A stretch of DNA of 64,000 bases from Alkalispirochaeta sp. (GCA_965242725.1 CBDESZ010000025.1:288001-352000); one strand, 5' to 3'. Positions 1-10,833 are shown, numbered from the stretch's first letter. Translations and numbers: made by a program. Notes: generated by a model from the letters alone, not told the origin.

Positions 1-926
<926 letters not shown>

Positions 927-952
927 GGAAGAATTATCGGATCGATTTTTTC

Positions 953-1025
953 TTGACAGTCCGAAGGTTCCGGTGCAGAATAGGTCTTGTTGCAAGATAG
1001 TAACATATGTTCAAATAACGGAACA
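953..1025 (+). promoter_or_regulatory. Aminotransferase-operon promoter plus tandem operator
   Basis: TTGACA(953-958)-17 nt-CAGAAT(976-981), then TGTTGCAAGATAGTAACA-ta-TGTTCAAATAACGGAACA (988-1025). Confidence 0.75.
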
Positions 1026-1052
1026 CAGAATTATATAATAGGAGATGGAATA

Positions 1053-2429
1053 ATGAGTGATCGATTTTCTGAGCTATCCCTCAGTGAAGCGCCGGTAATT
1101 AAGGTAACCCCTCCCGGACCCAAGTCAAAAGAGCTGCTTGATGCGCAGGCGAAACTTGAAGGATCCGCCGTATCATATCCCAAGGGGATGCCCATGGCCA
1201 TAAAGCGGGGCAAGGGCGCAACCATCGAGGATGTGGACGGAAACGTGTATATCGATATGTTCGGGGGAGCCGGCGTCATGGCAGTCGGTCACGGCCATCC
1301 TGACGTTCTGAAAGCCGCCCATGATGCGATCGAACAGTATACCCATACACTGGATATTCCCACGGAAGTGCGGAAGACGATGGTGGACACCCTGCGGGAA
1401 CTCCTCCCCTCGGAGCTTTCCCGGGTTTTCTTCGGCGGTCCCACCGGCTCCGACGCGGTCGAACAGGCGATCAAGCTTGCCCGGTACAATACCGGCCGAC
1501 ACGAGATCATCGCCTTTCACGGTGCGTACCACGGCATGACCGGTGTCGCCCTGGCGCTCACCACCGATGACAGCCATCGCAAGGGTATGGAGCCCCTCGT
1601 TCCGGGAATCCGCTTCATCCCCTACGATTACAAGTATCGTTCTCCCTTCGGCGAGCCCGAAGAAGACAGCGATCTTCGCGCGGCGGACTATCTGGACATG
1701 GTTTTGACCAACTCGCACTCCGGGTTCGGCAAGCCTGCGGCGGTTATTCTGGAATCGGTACAGGGCGAAGGTGGAACGATCATACCCAGCGTACGTTTCA
1801 TGCGCCGAGTCAGGGAAATCACCAAGAAACACGACGTGATTCTCATCTGTGACGAAATCCAGGCGGGACTGGGCCGTACCGGAAAGATGTTTGCCTTTGA
1901 ACACTACGGAGACGACTTTGTCCCCGATATCATCACGATGTCCAAGGCCCTTGGAGGCATCGGATTCCCGATCTCCGCCATCGCATACAAGGAAGAGCTC
2001 AATACCTGGCCCGCCGGTGCCTCCATCGGTACCTTCCGCGGAAACATGGTCGCCTTTGCCGCCGGCGCGGCAGCGCTTCGCTTCATGAAGGACAATGATG
2101 TGCCGGGCTACGCTGCGGAACTGGGCGCCAGGATGCTCAAGGAACTCAAGAAGCTTGAGACGGAAACCAAAATCGTCGGTGAAGCACGCGGAATCGGTCT
2201 CATGTTCGGTATCGAAATCGTGCGTGACCAGAAAACGAAAGAACCCGCCGGCGATCTCGCCAAAAAGGTCAGAAAATACGCTCATCAGCGGGGCGTCATG
2301 ATCGAGGTAGGCGGTCACCACGGGAACGTTGCCCGACTCCTTCCGCCGCTCATCATCTCCGAAGAGCTTGCAATGAAGGGCGTGAAGATCATCACCGAGG
2401 TCATCAAGGACATCGAGAAAGAGCTGTAG
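1053..2429 (+). CDS. Class III PLP aminotransferase, diaminobutyrate:2-oxoglutarate transaminase (EctB/Dat)-like
   Basis: GPTGSDAVE, FHGAYHGMT, ESVQGEGG, DEIQAGLGRTG, SKALGG (PLP Lys), GTFRGN; start moved to ATG 1053 behind AGGAG. Confidence 0.85.
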   Translation: MSDRFSELSLSEAPVIKVTPPGPKSKELLDAQAKLEGSAVSYPKGMPMAIKRGKGATIEDVDGNVYIDMFGGAGVMAVGHGHPDVLKAAHDAIEQYTHTLDIPTEVRKTMVDTLRELLPSELSRVFFGGPTGSDAVEQAIKLARYNTGRHEIIAFHGAYHGMTGVALALTTDDSHRKGMEPLVPGIRFIPYDYKYRSPFGEPEEDSDLRAADYLDMVLTNSHSGFGKPAAVILESVQGEGGTIIPSVRFMRRVREITKKHDVILICDEIQAGLGRTGKMFAFEHYGDDFVPDIITMSKALGGIGFPISAIAYKEELNTWPAGASIGTFRGNMVAFAAGAAALRFMKDNDVPGYAAELGARMLKELKKLETETKIVGEARGIGLMFGIEIVRDQKTKEPAGDLAKKVRKYAHQRGVMIEVGGHHGNVARLLPPLIISEELAMKGVKIITEVIKDIEKEL

Positions 2430-2454
2430 GATACGGGTGGAGAAGGAACAATTT

Positions 2455-3483
2455 ATGGCTAAAGATAGATATAATGTAGCCGTCGTCGGCGCCCTGGGCG
2501 TCGTCGGAACGGAAATGATGAAGACACTGGAGCGGCGGAACTTTCCTATTGCCGAGTTTCGACCTCTCGATATTCCCGAAAATGCGGGAAAGGAAGTCAC
2601 CTTCAACGGGAAGCCCGTCAAAGTGCAGGCGGCGGTCAAGGAAAACTTCAAGGGTATCGATATTGCGATCTTTTCCGCAGGCGCCACCGCATCAAAAGCG
2701 CTGGCACCCCAGGCGGTTGAGATGGGCGCCGTGGTCGTGGACAACTCCTCGGAGTGGCGTATGAATCCGGAATGCCCCCTGGTCGTCCCGGAAGTGAATC
2801 CCGACGACCTGAAGTGGCACAAGGGGATCATCCCCAACCCCAACTGTTCGACAATTCAAATGGTGGTCGCCCTCAAGCCTCTCCACGATGCCGGCAAGAT
2901 CAAGCGGATCGTCGTCTCCACCTACCAGGCTGCGTCCGGTGGTGGTGCAAAAGGGTTGAACGGGCTCGCCGCGGAAGCTGAGGAGTACATGAAGACGGGC
3001 AAGCAGGTCGCACCGCGGGTGCATCCGGTACAGCTCGCCTTCAATGCGGTGCCCCATATCGACGTCTTCCAGGAACATGGTTACACCAAGGAAGAGTTCA
3101 AGATGGTCAATGAGACCAAGAAGATCATGGGCGACGACTCCATAGAGGTAAACCCGACGGCGGTACGCATACCCGTCTATTACGGCCACTCTGAATCGAT
3201 AAACATCGAGACGGAAAAGAAGATCACCGCCGACGAGGCGCGGGCGCTTCTTTCCAAAGCCCCGAGCATCATCGTGAAGGATGATCCCGCCAACAACGTG
3301 TATCCCACGCCGCTGGAATCCAACGATGTGGATGAGACGATGGTGGGGCGGATCCGGGAGGATCTGACGATCAAGAACGGTCTGAACCTCTGGGTCGTCT
3401 CCAACAACATACGGAAGGGTGCGGCACTCAACGCCGTACAAATCGCCGAAACACTGGTGAAAATGGACCTGGTTCGGGTATGA
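2455..3483 (+). CDS. asd: Aspartate-semialdehyde dehydrogenase (phosphorylating)
   Basis: VGALGVVG, DNSSEWRM, PLVVPEVN, PNPNCST (catalytic Cys), STYQAASG, GHSE, NNIRKGAALNAVQIAE. Confidence 0.95.
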   Translation: MAKDRYNVAVVGALGVVGTEMMKTLERRNFPIAEFRPLDIPENAGKEVTFNGKPVKVQAAVKENFKGIDIAIFSAGATASKALAPQAVEMGAVVVDNSSEWRMNPECPLVVPEVNPDDLKWHKGIIPNPNCSTIQMVVALKPLHDAGKIKRIVVSTYQAASGGGAKGLNGLAAEAEEYMKTGKQVAPRVHPVQLAFNAVPHIDVFQEHGYTKEEFKMVNETKKIMGDDSIEVNPTAVRIPVYYGHSESINIETEKKITADEARALLSKAPSIIVKDDPANNVYPTPLESNDVDETMVGRIREDLTIKNGLNLWVVSNNIRKGAALNAVQIAETLVKMDLVRV

Positions 3484-4688
3484 ACATTCGAGAGGAGATC
3501 CTGGAACTGAAGGATGAGTTGATTCACATCCGTCGGGATCTGCACATGCATCCGGAACTCGGTTTTGAAGAGTTTCGAACTGCCGATATTATCGAGCAGT
3601 ATCTGCGGGAGCTGGGGCTGGAGCCCCAGCGCCTCGCACAGACGGGCGTTGTTGCGACGATGGCAGGAACCGCCATCGGCAGCTCCGACGGCCCGACGCT
3701 CATGCTTCGGGCGGACATCGACGCGCTCCCCATTCAGGAAGAGACGGATGTCCCCTACAAGTCGCTCAACGACGGTGTCATGCACGCCTGCGGTCATGAC
3801 GCCCATACGGCGATCCTGCTGATTACCGCGAAGGTGTTGAGCCGCCATCGGGACAAAATCAAGGGCAAGGTGAAGTTTCTCTTTCAGCCCAATGAAGAGG
3901 TTGCCGGTGCGGAAATCATGGTCGCCGAGGGGGCGCTTGAAAACCCCCGGGTCGACGCGGCGATGGGTATTCACATCTGGACGCCCCTCTTGAGCGGACA
4001 GATCGCCGCTACCGTCGGGGGTGTCATGGCGAGCATGGACGTCTTTCATATCGTCATCAAGGGGAAGGGCGGTCACACGGGATATCCCGATTCCGCGATC
4101 GACCCGATCATCTGCGCGGCCAACCTTATCGAGACGGCCCAGCGCATTCAGACGCGGGATATCAGCCTCTTATATCCCACCAACCTCATGTTTTCCAAAA
4201 TCACTTCAGGTACAAAAAACAACATCATTCCGGATCAGGTCGAGATTGAAGGTACTTTACGGTACCTTTATGAGCCGACGGAGGAGTTTAACCCTGCACG
4301 GAGATTGGAAGAGGTGGTACAATCGGTATGTGCCGTGCACCGTTGCGGGTATGAGTTCTCCATAGAGACGGAGAACGAGGTCGTCGTCAACGCGCCGGAA
4401 ATGGTGCAACTCGTCCGGGAGACGGCGGCGGAAATGGTTGAAAGTAAAAAAGACCTGGTGGAGCATCGCTCCATGGCAGGCGAGGATTTTGCGGCCTACG
4501 CAAAACGGGTTCCATCGGCGTTCATACACGTCGGCACGCGGGATCCGGAGAAAGGGAGTGACTATCCCCATCACAGTCCCCACTTCAATATCGACGAGGA
4601 AACACTGCCGACGGGGGTAGAACTGTTCGTTCGGTCGACCGAGCGATTTTTTGAACGGGAATGGGACTTCGACGTAAGTCGAAGTTAA
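3480..4688 (+). CDS. M20D-family amidohydrolase (putative N-acyl amino acid deacylase)
   Basis: RRDLHMHPELGFEE, RADIDALP, MHACGHDAH, FQPNEE, GEDFA, HHSPHF; ATGA overlap with asd. Confidence 0.9.
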   Translation: MNIREEILELKDELIHIRRDLHMHPELGFEEFRTADIIEQYLRELGLEPQRLAQTGVVATMAGTAIGSSDGPTLMLRADIDALPIQEETDVPYKSLNDGVMHACGHDAHTAILLITAKVLSRHRDKIKGKVKFLFQPNEEVAGAEIMVAEGALENPRVDAAMGIHIWTPLLSGQIAATVGGVMASMDVFHIVIKGKGGHTGYPDSAIDPIICAANLIETAQRIQTRDISLLYPTNLMFSKITSGTKNNIIPDQVEIEGTLRYLYEPTEEFNPARRLEEVVQSVCAVHRCGYEFSIETENEVVVNAPEMVQLVRETAAEMVESKKDLVEHRSMAGEDFAAYAKRVPSAFIHVGTRDPEKGSDYPHHSPHFNIDEETLPTGVELFVRSTERFFEREWDFDVSRS

Positions 4689-4709
4689 AAAAAAACAGGA
4701 GGTATTCTT

Positions 4710-5783
4710 GTGGCAAAGAAAATCTTTGTACTAACGATGCTGCTGGTGTTTGCAGTGAGCATGACCGGGCTGTTTGCCGAAGGCAATCAGGAACGGGGTG
4801 GTGGAGGAACCACTCAGGTGATTGAAGCTCGACTCGCATCGGAAGAGATCGAAGGCGACTTCATGACCGTATGGGCGAACAACTTCGCCGACTACATGCG
4901 GGAAGCAACGGACGGCGGATACGATCTGGACGTCTATCCCTATGGTGCGATCGGTGATACCCGTGACATCAACGAGCTGGCTCAGCTCGGTGTTGTGGAA
5001 TGGGTCTTCTCCGACTACGCCTGGATCAGTGCATTTGTGCCGCAGGCACAGGTCCTGGCCCTCAACTACCTGTGGCCCCGTGACAAGGTAGCCGAGGTCG
5101 TCGAGTGGGTCGTGAAGAACGGCGAAACGATGGATCTTCTTGAAAATCACTTCCGCCGGAACGGCCTCGTTCCCCTCTCAATCATGTTTGAAGGCTGGCA
5201 GTGGGTAACTTCCACCGATCCGGTCAGCACGCTTGAGGAGATGCAGGGCGTTAAGGTCCGTGTCATGGGCTCCCAGATGCTTGTTGCCAACTATCGCTCC
5301 TATGGATACAGCCCCACGCCGATGAGCTACGGTGAAGTCTACAGCGGTCTTCAGACCGGTCTGATTGATGCACAGATCAACCCGCTCTTCGCGATTTACA
5401 GCATGAAGTTCTACGAGCCGACCCGCTATTTCACCCAGATGTGGGCGGAACCGTTCCTCGGAATTCCCACGGCCAACATGCAGCACTTTGATTCTCTTCC
5501 TGAAGAGTATCAGCAGCTGATGCGCGACTGGTGGGCGGACGCGATCGTTCCCGCCGGTGAGTGGATCAATGAGAAGAACGCCGGATTCCGCGAGGCGATT
5601 ATGGAAGAAAAACCCTCCATCGTCTGGAACGAGTTCAGCGATGAGCAGATCGCCGAAGCGACCGAAATTGCACGGACCGTCGATGCGGACTTCATCAAGG
5701 CCGGTGGTGACGGTGCTGAAGAGTTGCTCGACACGCTCCTTCGCGACATTGAAGAAGCAAAACAGGCGCTTGGCGTAGACTAA
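4710..5783 (+). CDS. dctP: TRAP transporter substrate-binding protein, TeaA/UehA (ectoine)-like
   Basis: Spirochaete-type signal (LFAEG), EEIEGDF motif resembling TeaA EEYEGDV, KVRVM, YGEVYSGLQTGLIDAQINP. Confidence 0.85.
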   Translation: MAKKIFVLTMLLVFAVSMTGLFAEGNQERGGGGTTQVIEARLASEEIEGDFMTVWANNFADYMREATDGGYDLDVYPYGAIGDTRDINELAQLGVVEWVFSDYAWISAFVPQAQVLALNYLWPRDKVAEVVEWVVKNGETMDLLENHFRRNGLVPLSIMFEGWQWVTSTDPVSTLEEMQGVKVRVMGSQMLVANYRSYGYSPTPMSYGEVYSGLQTGLIDAQINPLFAIYSMKFYEPTRYFTQMWAEPFLGIPTANMQHFDSLPEEYQQLMRDWWADAIVPAGEWINEKNAGFREAIMEEKPSIVWNEFSDEQIAEATEIARTVDADFIKAGGDGAEELLDTLLRDIEEAKQALGVD

Positions 5784-5792
5784 GCAAATACG

Positions 5793-5826
5793 AGACGGCA
5801 TGGACTGTTCACGGTTCATGCCGTCT
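5793..5826 (+). terminator. Intercistronic stem-loop after the binding-protein gene (mRNA stabiliser or partial terminator)
   Basis: AGACGGCATGGAC-loop-GTTCATGCCGTCT followed by TTGT. Confidence 0.55.
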
Positions 5827-5859
5827 TTGTATATTCAAAAAGAGGGAGAGTGGTACCCA

Positions 5860-6417
5860 ATGAGTAACGAACCACAGGAAAAAATCACGATCGGGCGACG
5901 CGTAAGTCTCGTGGTCGACTGGTTTGAGGTGGGAGCCTTGAGTCTTTCGACAGCGGCGCTTGCGATCCTCCTGATCGCCAACGTCATCGCCCGGACCTTT
6001 TTTCAGGCGATCTATTTTGCCGAGGAACTTGCGGAGTTTCTCGTCGTCTTTACAACATTTGTCGGTGTGAGCTACGCCGCACGGAAGGCGCGACATATCC
6101 GAATGGGCGCATTTCTGGATTCAATGCCGCCGAAAGTGGAAAAGGTCTTCATTTACGTAATTTCCGCAATCAGTGCGGTGGTGATGTTTATCATGGCCTA
6201 TCACTCCTGGAACTACATGCTCACCGCCCGAATGATGGGGCAGACCACCCAGGCGCTGAGAATGCCCTACTGGATCACCCTCGTCATCGTCCCGATCGGT
6301 TTCGCGAGTGCGGGAATTCAATACGTCAGGACGGTCTGGAAAAATATTCTTGAAGAAGACGTCTGGCAGTCTCCCGAGCAGCAGAGTGAATACGAAGACG
6401 AGATAGGGGGCTACTGA
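5860..6417 (+). CDS. dctQ: TRAP transporter small permease
   Basis: About 4 TM segments, NVIAR, AEELA, SYAARKARHIRM; ATG 5860 behind GGGAG. Confidence 0.9.
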   Translation: MSNEPQEKITIGRRVSLVVDWFEVGALSLSTAALAILLIANVIARTFFQAIYFAEELAEFLVVFTTFVGVSYAARKARHIRMGAFLDSMPPKVEKVFIYVISAISAVVMFIMAYHSWNYMLTARMMGQTTQALRMPYWITLVIVPIGFASAGIQYVRTVWKNILEEDVWQSPEQQSEYEDEIGGY

Positions 6418-6418
6418 T

Positions 6419-7708
6419 ATGACGTTATTATGGGTAAGTATGGTGGTGATGCTCCTGATGGGTTTTCCCTTCATGGTGCTCATCCTCGGATCGTTGCTGC
6501 TCCATGTCGGTATCAATATGCCGTCATTCAATTTCAGCAACGTCATGGTTCAACAGGTCCTCACCGGCCTGACTCCTCCGGCGCTTCAGGCGGTCCCGAT
6601 GTTTATCCTCGGAGCGGGGATTCTTACTTCAGGCAAGGCGGCACGGAAGCTGATCGACATGGTTCGTGTCATGGTCGGTCACATACCGGGCGGTCTCGCC
6701 ATCACCACAAACGCAAGCTGTACCCTCTTCGGTGCCGTATCGGGCTCCACCCAGGCGACGGTGGCGGCGATCGGCGGTACGATGCGACCGATGCTCCTTG
6801 AGGCGGGATACAAGAGTCCCTTTACCCTGGGGCTCATCATTAATGCCAGTGATATCGCCCTGCTCATTCCACCGAGTATCGGCTTTATCGTCTACGGTGT
6901 CGTGACCAACACCTCCGTGGGTAAGCTCTTTCTCGCCGGTGTATTGCCGGGTATTCTCATCTTTGTCCTCTTTTCCATATACGCCTATATATACTCCGTC
7001 CGCCATAAGGTGGGTGTCGCTCCAAAGGCGACGACCAAAGAGCGTATTTCGGCGCTCAAAGAGGGGTTCCCCGTTCTCGGCTTTCCGATCATTATCGTCG
7101 GAGGTATTTACGCCGGTATCTTCAGCCCGACGGAAGCGGCGGCGGCGGCGGTGCTCTACGCAATCTTCATTGAAATTACCATATACCGCACCATGACGTG
7201 GAAAGGGCTGGTCAAGGTACTTCTCGATACGGGTGTCATTACCGGTGTCGTATTTGTCCTTGTCGGTGCGGGGCAGGCATTCTCCTGGCTCATCAGCTTC
7301 CTGCGTATCCCCGAGGCGATCATGCCGGCGATTCTCGGAACCGATCCCTCGCAGCTTCAGGTCATCATCACCGTGATCATCGCCTACTTTATTGCGTGTA
7401 TGTTCGTAGATCCCATCGTGGCGATTTACGTCTTCTCGCCGATATTTGCACCGTATGTCGTTGCCACGGGTATCGATCCGGTGTTCCTCGGTGTCCTCGT
7501 AACCCTTCAGGCGGCGATCGGCTCCGCAACGCCGCCCTTCGGGTGCGACATCTTCACGGCACAGCTGATATTCAGGCGTCCATACCTGGAAGTCATTCGA
7601 AATACGCCGCCCTTTATACTCCTCCTTATCCTTGCAACGGCACTCATCGTTATCTTTCCCGAGATTGCGACGTTCCTGCCGGACAATATGATGAATCTTG
7701 GTGGATGA
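6419..7708 (+). CDS. dctM: TRAP transporter large permease
   Basis: AVPMFILGA, GAVSGSTQATVAAIG, LIPPSI, FSPTEAA, TPPFG; highly hydrophobic. Confidence 0.95.
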   Translation: MTLLWVSMVVMLLMGFPFMVLILGSLLLHVGINMPSFNFSNVMVQQVLTGLTPPALQAVPMFILGAGILTSGKAARKLIDMVRVMVGHIPGGLAITTNASCTLFGAVSGSTQATVAAIGGTMRPMLLEAGYKSPFTLGLIINASDIALLIPPSIGFIVYGVVTNTSVGKLFLAGVLPGILIFVLFSIYAYIYSVRHKVGVAPKATTKERISALKEGFPVLGFPIIIVGGIYAGIFSPTEAAAAAVLYAIFIEITIYRTMTWKGLVKVLLDTGVITGVVFVLVGAGQAFSWLISFLRIPEAIMPAILGTDPSQLQVIITVIIAYFIACMFVDPIVAIYVFSPIFAPYVVATGIDPVFLGVLVTLQAAIGSATPPFGCDIFTAQLIFRRPYLEVIRNTPPFILLLILATALIVIFPEIATFLPDNMMNLGG

Positions 7709-7737
7709 GAGGCAACAACGCGTTAACACCATAACGG

Positions 7738-7769
7738 AAGACCGGCCGCTGAAGCGGTCGGTCTTTTTT
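7738..7769 (+). terminator. Rho-independent terminator after TRAP genes
   Basis: AAGACCGGCCGCT-GA-AGCGGTCGGTCTT followed by a T tract. Confidence 0.85.
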
Positions 7770-7792
7770 TATATACTGACTGAGGGGGCCAC

Positions 7793-10780
7793 ATGGCGAA
7801 GCATTACGTCTTTGAAAAAATACCGGTAAAACAGCTGATGCAACGCCGCATCCAGGACGTCCTTCTCGTCTGCTCGAAATACGACAAGTTCATGCTTGAG
7901 GAAGACGGGCGGGTGGACGAGCAGATCTTCCAGGAGTATGCAAGTCTCAACCTCCGCTATCCGCCCCGATTTGTCCAGGTAAGCACCGAGGAGGACGCCT
8001 TGCGGGAGCTGGAGCGAGGAGGGTATGACATGGTCATATCCATGCTCAACATCGGCGGCCCGAAGGCACTGCAGTTGGCGGAAGAGGTTCAGACGCGGTA
8101 CCCCGACCTGCCTCTGATCGTTTTGACTCCCTTCTCACGGGAAGTTTCCGTCCGGGTAAAGAACGAAGACCTCGTCGACAGATACCAGATTTTTGCGTGG
8201 CTCGGCGACGACAGCATATTGCTGGCGATTATTAAACTCCTCGAGGACCGGATGAACGTCGCCCATGACGTATCAGTCGGCGTTCAGGTCATCATCCTCG
8301 TGGAAGATTCGGTACGCTTCTATTCCAGCTTTCTGCCTCTCATTTACCGAATCCTCTTTCGCCAGGCCCGGGGAATCATGGAAGAGGGGTTGAATGAGTG
8401 GGAACAGACGATGCGCATGCGCTGCCGTCCCAAGATTCTTCTGGCAAATACCTTTGAGGAGGCGATAGAGCTCTACGACAGGTACCGGACAAACCTCCTC
8501 GGTGTCATATCCGATGTCTCCTTCAAGCGGGAAGGGGTGGAAGATCCGGCAGCGGGCCTCAAACTCTGTCGGTATATTCACAATGACAACGCCGACTTGC
8601 CGGTCCTCCTTCAGTCGTCGGAACAGCGACATCGGTCCGACGCGGCGTCCTGTGGCAGCAGTTTTCTCTACAAGCACTCCGACGACCTTCTCAACAGGCT
8701 GCAGCAATATATTCGGCGCAATTACGGATTCGGTCCATTGACCTTTCGCGATCCCGTCACCAACAGAACGCTCTTTTCCGTGGAGGATCTCAAGGATCTG
8801 CAGGAAAAAATAGAGGAAATGCCGGACGAGCAGTTCCTCCACTACTTTCGCAGAAAGAAACTCACAAACTGGCTCAAGACGCGTGCCCTCTTCTCCCTCG
8901 CGGACGTGGTGGAAGCCAACGTCACCGATATTGAGGATTCCGTACGGGCGAAACGGGTCATTCTCGAAATCATCGCTTCCTTCCGCCGTTTCCAGAGCCA
9001 GGGAACGATCGCGCATTTCGACAGGGAGCGATATGACGAGTATCTCACCTTTTCACGGATCGGAAACGGTTCACTCGGCGGCAAAGGCCGGGGGCTTGCA
9101 TTTATGGACCACGTCCTGAAGGACAGCCTCCTTCGTCACAAATATTCGGGAATCATTATTTCAATTCCCCGTACCGTCGTCGTCTCCACGGAGGTCTTTC
9201 AGGACTTTCTGGAACGGAACGACCTGCATGAAAAGCTCCGTTTCGACATCACCGATGAGGAAATTCTCGAACTTTTTTTACAGGGGTCATTTCCCGAGGA
9301 ACGGGTGGAGGATTTTCGTGCGGTATTGCGGGTCAATAGACGTCCCCTGGCGATCCGTTCCTCCAGCCTGCTTGAGGATTCCAATTCTCAGCCGTTCGCG
9401 GGGGTGTACAATACCTACATATTGGGCAATAACGCCGATGACGACGGGACTCGTCTGAAAGAGCTGATCGACGCCATAAAATGCGTCTATGCATGTACCT
9501 TCTACAAGGCAACCCGTGACTATATGGCGGCAACCAACAATCTCATCGCAGAAGAGCGCATGGCCGTTGCGATTCAGGAGTTGACGGGGACGTGTTACGA
9601 GACGCGCTGCTACCCCTCCATCTCAGGAGTCGCAAGGAGTCTCAACTTCTATCCCATAGAGAACGAAAAACCCGAGGAGGGCATCGCCCACGTGGCCGTC
9701 GGGCTGGGCACCACCGTCGTTGGTGGAGGCGCGGCGCTCCGTTTTTCCCCCAGGCATCCCAAGAAGATTTTGCAGCACGCCGATGTCGATACCGCGGTGC
9801 GCAGTGCGCAGAAAGAGTTTGTCGCTCTCGATCTCAAAGGCAAAGGGTTCATTCCCTCTGTTGACGACGATGTACAGCTCGTCTCGGAACACGTCGTCGA
9901 GGCGTCGGAAGATCCCAGTTTTCCATTGCTCGTTTCGACCTATGATTTCCAGAACGGCGTACTCCGGGAGGGAGTCATCGACGGAGGACAACCGATTCCT
10001 ACCTTTGCGGGTGTGCTCAAATACCGGCTTTTCCCGCTGGCCGACATCCTGAATGATCTGCTTGAGCTGGCACGGAAGGAAATGAACGTTCCCGTTGAAA
10101 TCGAGTTTGCCGTTGATCTCAACCCGCCGCAGAAGGGTCAGGAAAAAACATTCAGTTTTCTGCAGGTCCGTCCCGTCATTGAGGGGCTTGAAGCTGATGA
10201 TATCGAAATCGGCGGTGACGAGCTGGAGCACGCGGTGGTAACCTCCTACAGTGCGCTGGGTAACGGTATTTATACGGACATTCACGACGTTGTGTACGTA
10301 CGGCCGGAAAACTATAACCCAGCCGAAAGTGAAACAATTGCGGAATTGCTGGAGCGCATCAACGGTGCGTTTGTCGCGGAAGGGCGCCATTACCTTCTTA
10401 TCGTACCGGGGCGGCTCGGATCCCGGGATCCCTGGCTCGGCATTCCCTGCAAGTGGACACAAATATCGCACGCCCGGGTCATTGTTGAATCCTCAATTGA
10501 AAAGCTGAGGGTTGATCCCAGTCAGGGGAGCCACTTTTTCCACAATATCACCTCCCTTCACATCGGCTATCTCACGGTGGATCCCTTTCGGGACGCCCGG
10601 GAATCGGTGGACTACGAGTATCTCAACCAATGCCCCTCCGCAAGCGAAGATTCCTATATTCGCCGCGTCACCTTTCCAAAAGAGCTGCCCACCAAGCTGG
10701 CCGGCCATGCAAGGACGGGAATCGTCCTGCGTCCCGACTACGTTCCACAGATGCCGATTGAAGATACGAGGTGGGCCTAG
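7793..10780 (+). CDS. Receiver-like domains fused to a PEP/pyruvate-binding (PPDK_N, ATP-grasp) domain; uncharacterised PEP synthase-like protein
   Basis: N-terminal REC-like segments (IILVEDS, GVISDVSF), GSLGGKGRGL, LAIRSSSLLEDS, FAGVY, EIEFAV, FLQVRP, C-terminal SQGSHFFHN. Confidence 0.85.
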   Translation: MAKHYVFEKIPVKQLMQRRIQDVLLVCSKYDKFMLEEDGRVDEQIFQEYASLNLRYPPRFVQVSTEEDALRELERGGYDMVISMLNIGGPKALQLAEEVQTRYPDLPLIVLTPFSREVSVRVKNEDLVDRYQIFAWLGDDSILLAIIKLLEDRMNVAHDVSVGVQVIILVEDSVRFYSSFLPLIYRILFRQARGIMEEGLNEWEQTMRMRCRPKILLANTFEEAIELYDRYRTNLLGVISDVSFKREGVEDPAAGLKLCRYIHNDNADLPVLLQSSEQRHRSDAASCGSSFLYKHSDDLLNRLQQYIRRNYGFGPLTFRDPVTNRTLFSVEDLKDLQEKIEEMPDEQFLHYFRRKKLTNWLKTRALFSLADVVEANVTDIEDSVRAKRVILEIIASFRRFQSQGTIAHFDRERYDEYLTFSRIGNGSLGGKGRGLAFMDHVLKDSLLRHKYSGIIISIPRTVVVSTEVFQDFLERNDLHEKLRFDITDEEILELFLQGSFPEERVEDFRAVLRVNRRPLAIRSSSLLEDSNSQPFAGVYNTYILGNNADDDGTRLKELIDAIKCVYACTFYKATRDYMAATNNLIAEERMAVAIQELTGTCYETRCYPSISGVARSLNFYPIENEKPEEGIAHVAVGLGTTVVGGGAALRFSPRHPKKILQHADVDTAVRSAQKEFVALDLKGKGFIPSVDDDVQLVSEHVVEASEDPSFPLLVSTYDFQNGVLREGVIDGGQPIPTFAGVLKYRLFPLADILNDLLELARKEMNVPVEIEFAVDLNPPQKGQEKTFSFLQVRPVIEGLEADDIEIGGDELEHAVVTSYSALGNGIYTDIHDVVYVRPENYNPAESETIAELLERINGAFVAEGRHYLLIVPGRLGSRDPWLGIPCKWTQISHARVIVESSIEKLRVDPSQGSHFFHNITSLHIGYLTVDPFRDARESVDYEYLNQCPSASEDSYIRRVTFPKELPTKLAGHARTGIVLRPDYVPQMPIEDTRWA

Positions 10781-10833
10781 ACGGGACGGCGTAGTACCCC
10801 TGAGCGGCGAATCCCGGCGCACAAGGGCGGAGC

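Noticed and set aside
1173..2843. 556-aa minus-strand ORF and similar long antisense ORFs (6629-7732, 18110-19114, 23158-24276, 61324-62400)
   Set aside because: They lie opposite well-supported genes, have no recognisable motifs, and are expected in GC-rich DNA
1053..3483. Ectoine biosynthesis operon
   Set aside because: No ectA, ectC or aspartokinase in the window; co-transcribed with a hydrolase and an uptake system and shares an operator with doeA. Not fully excludable without the rest of the genome
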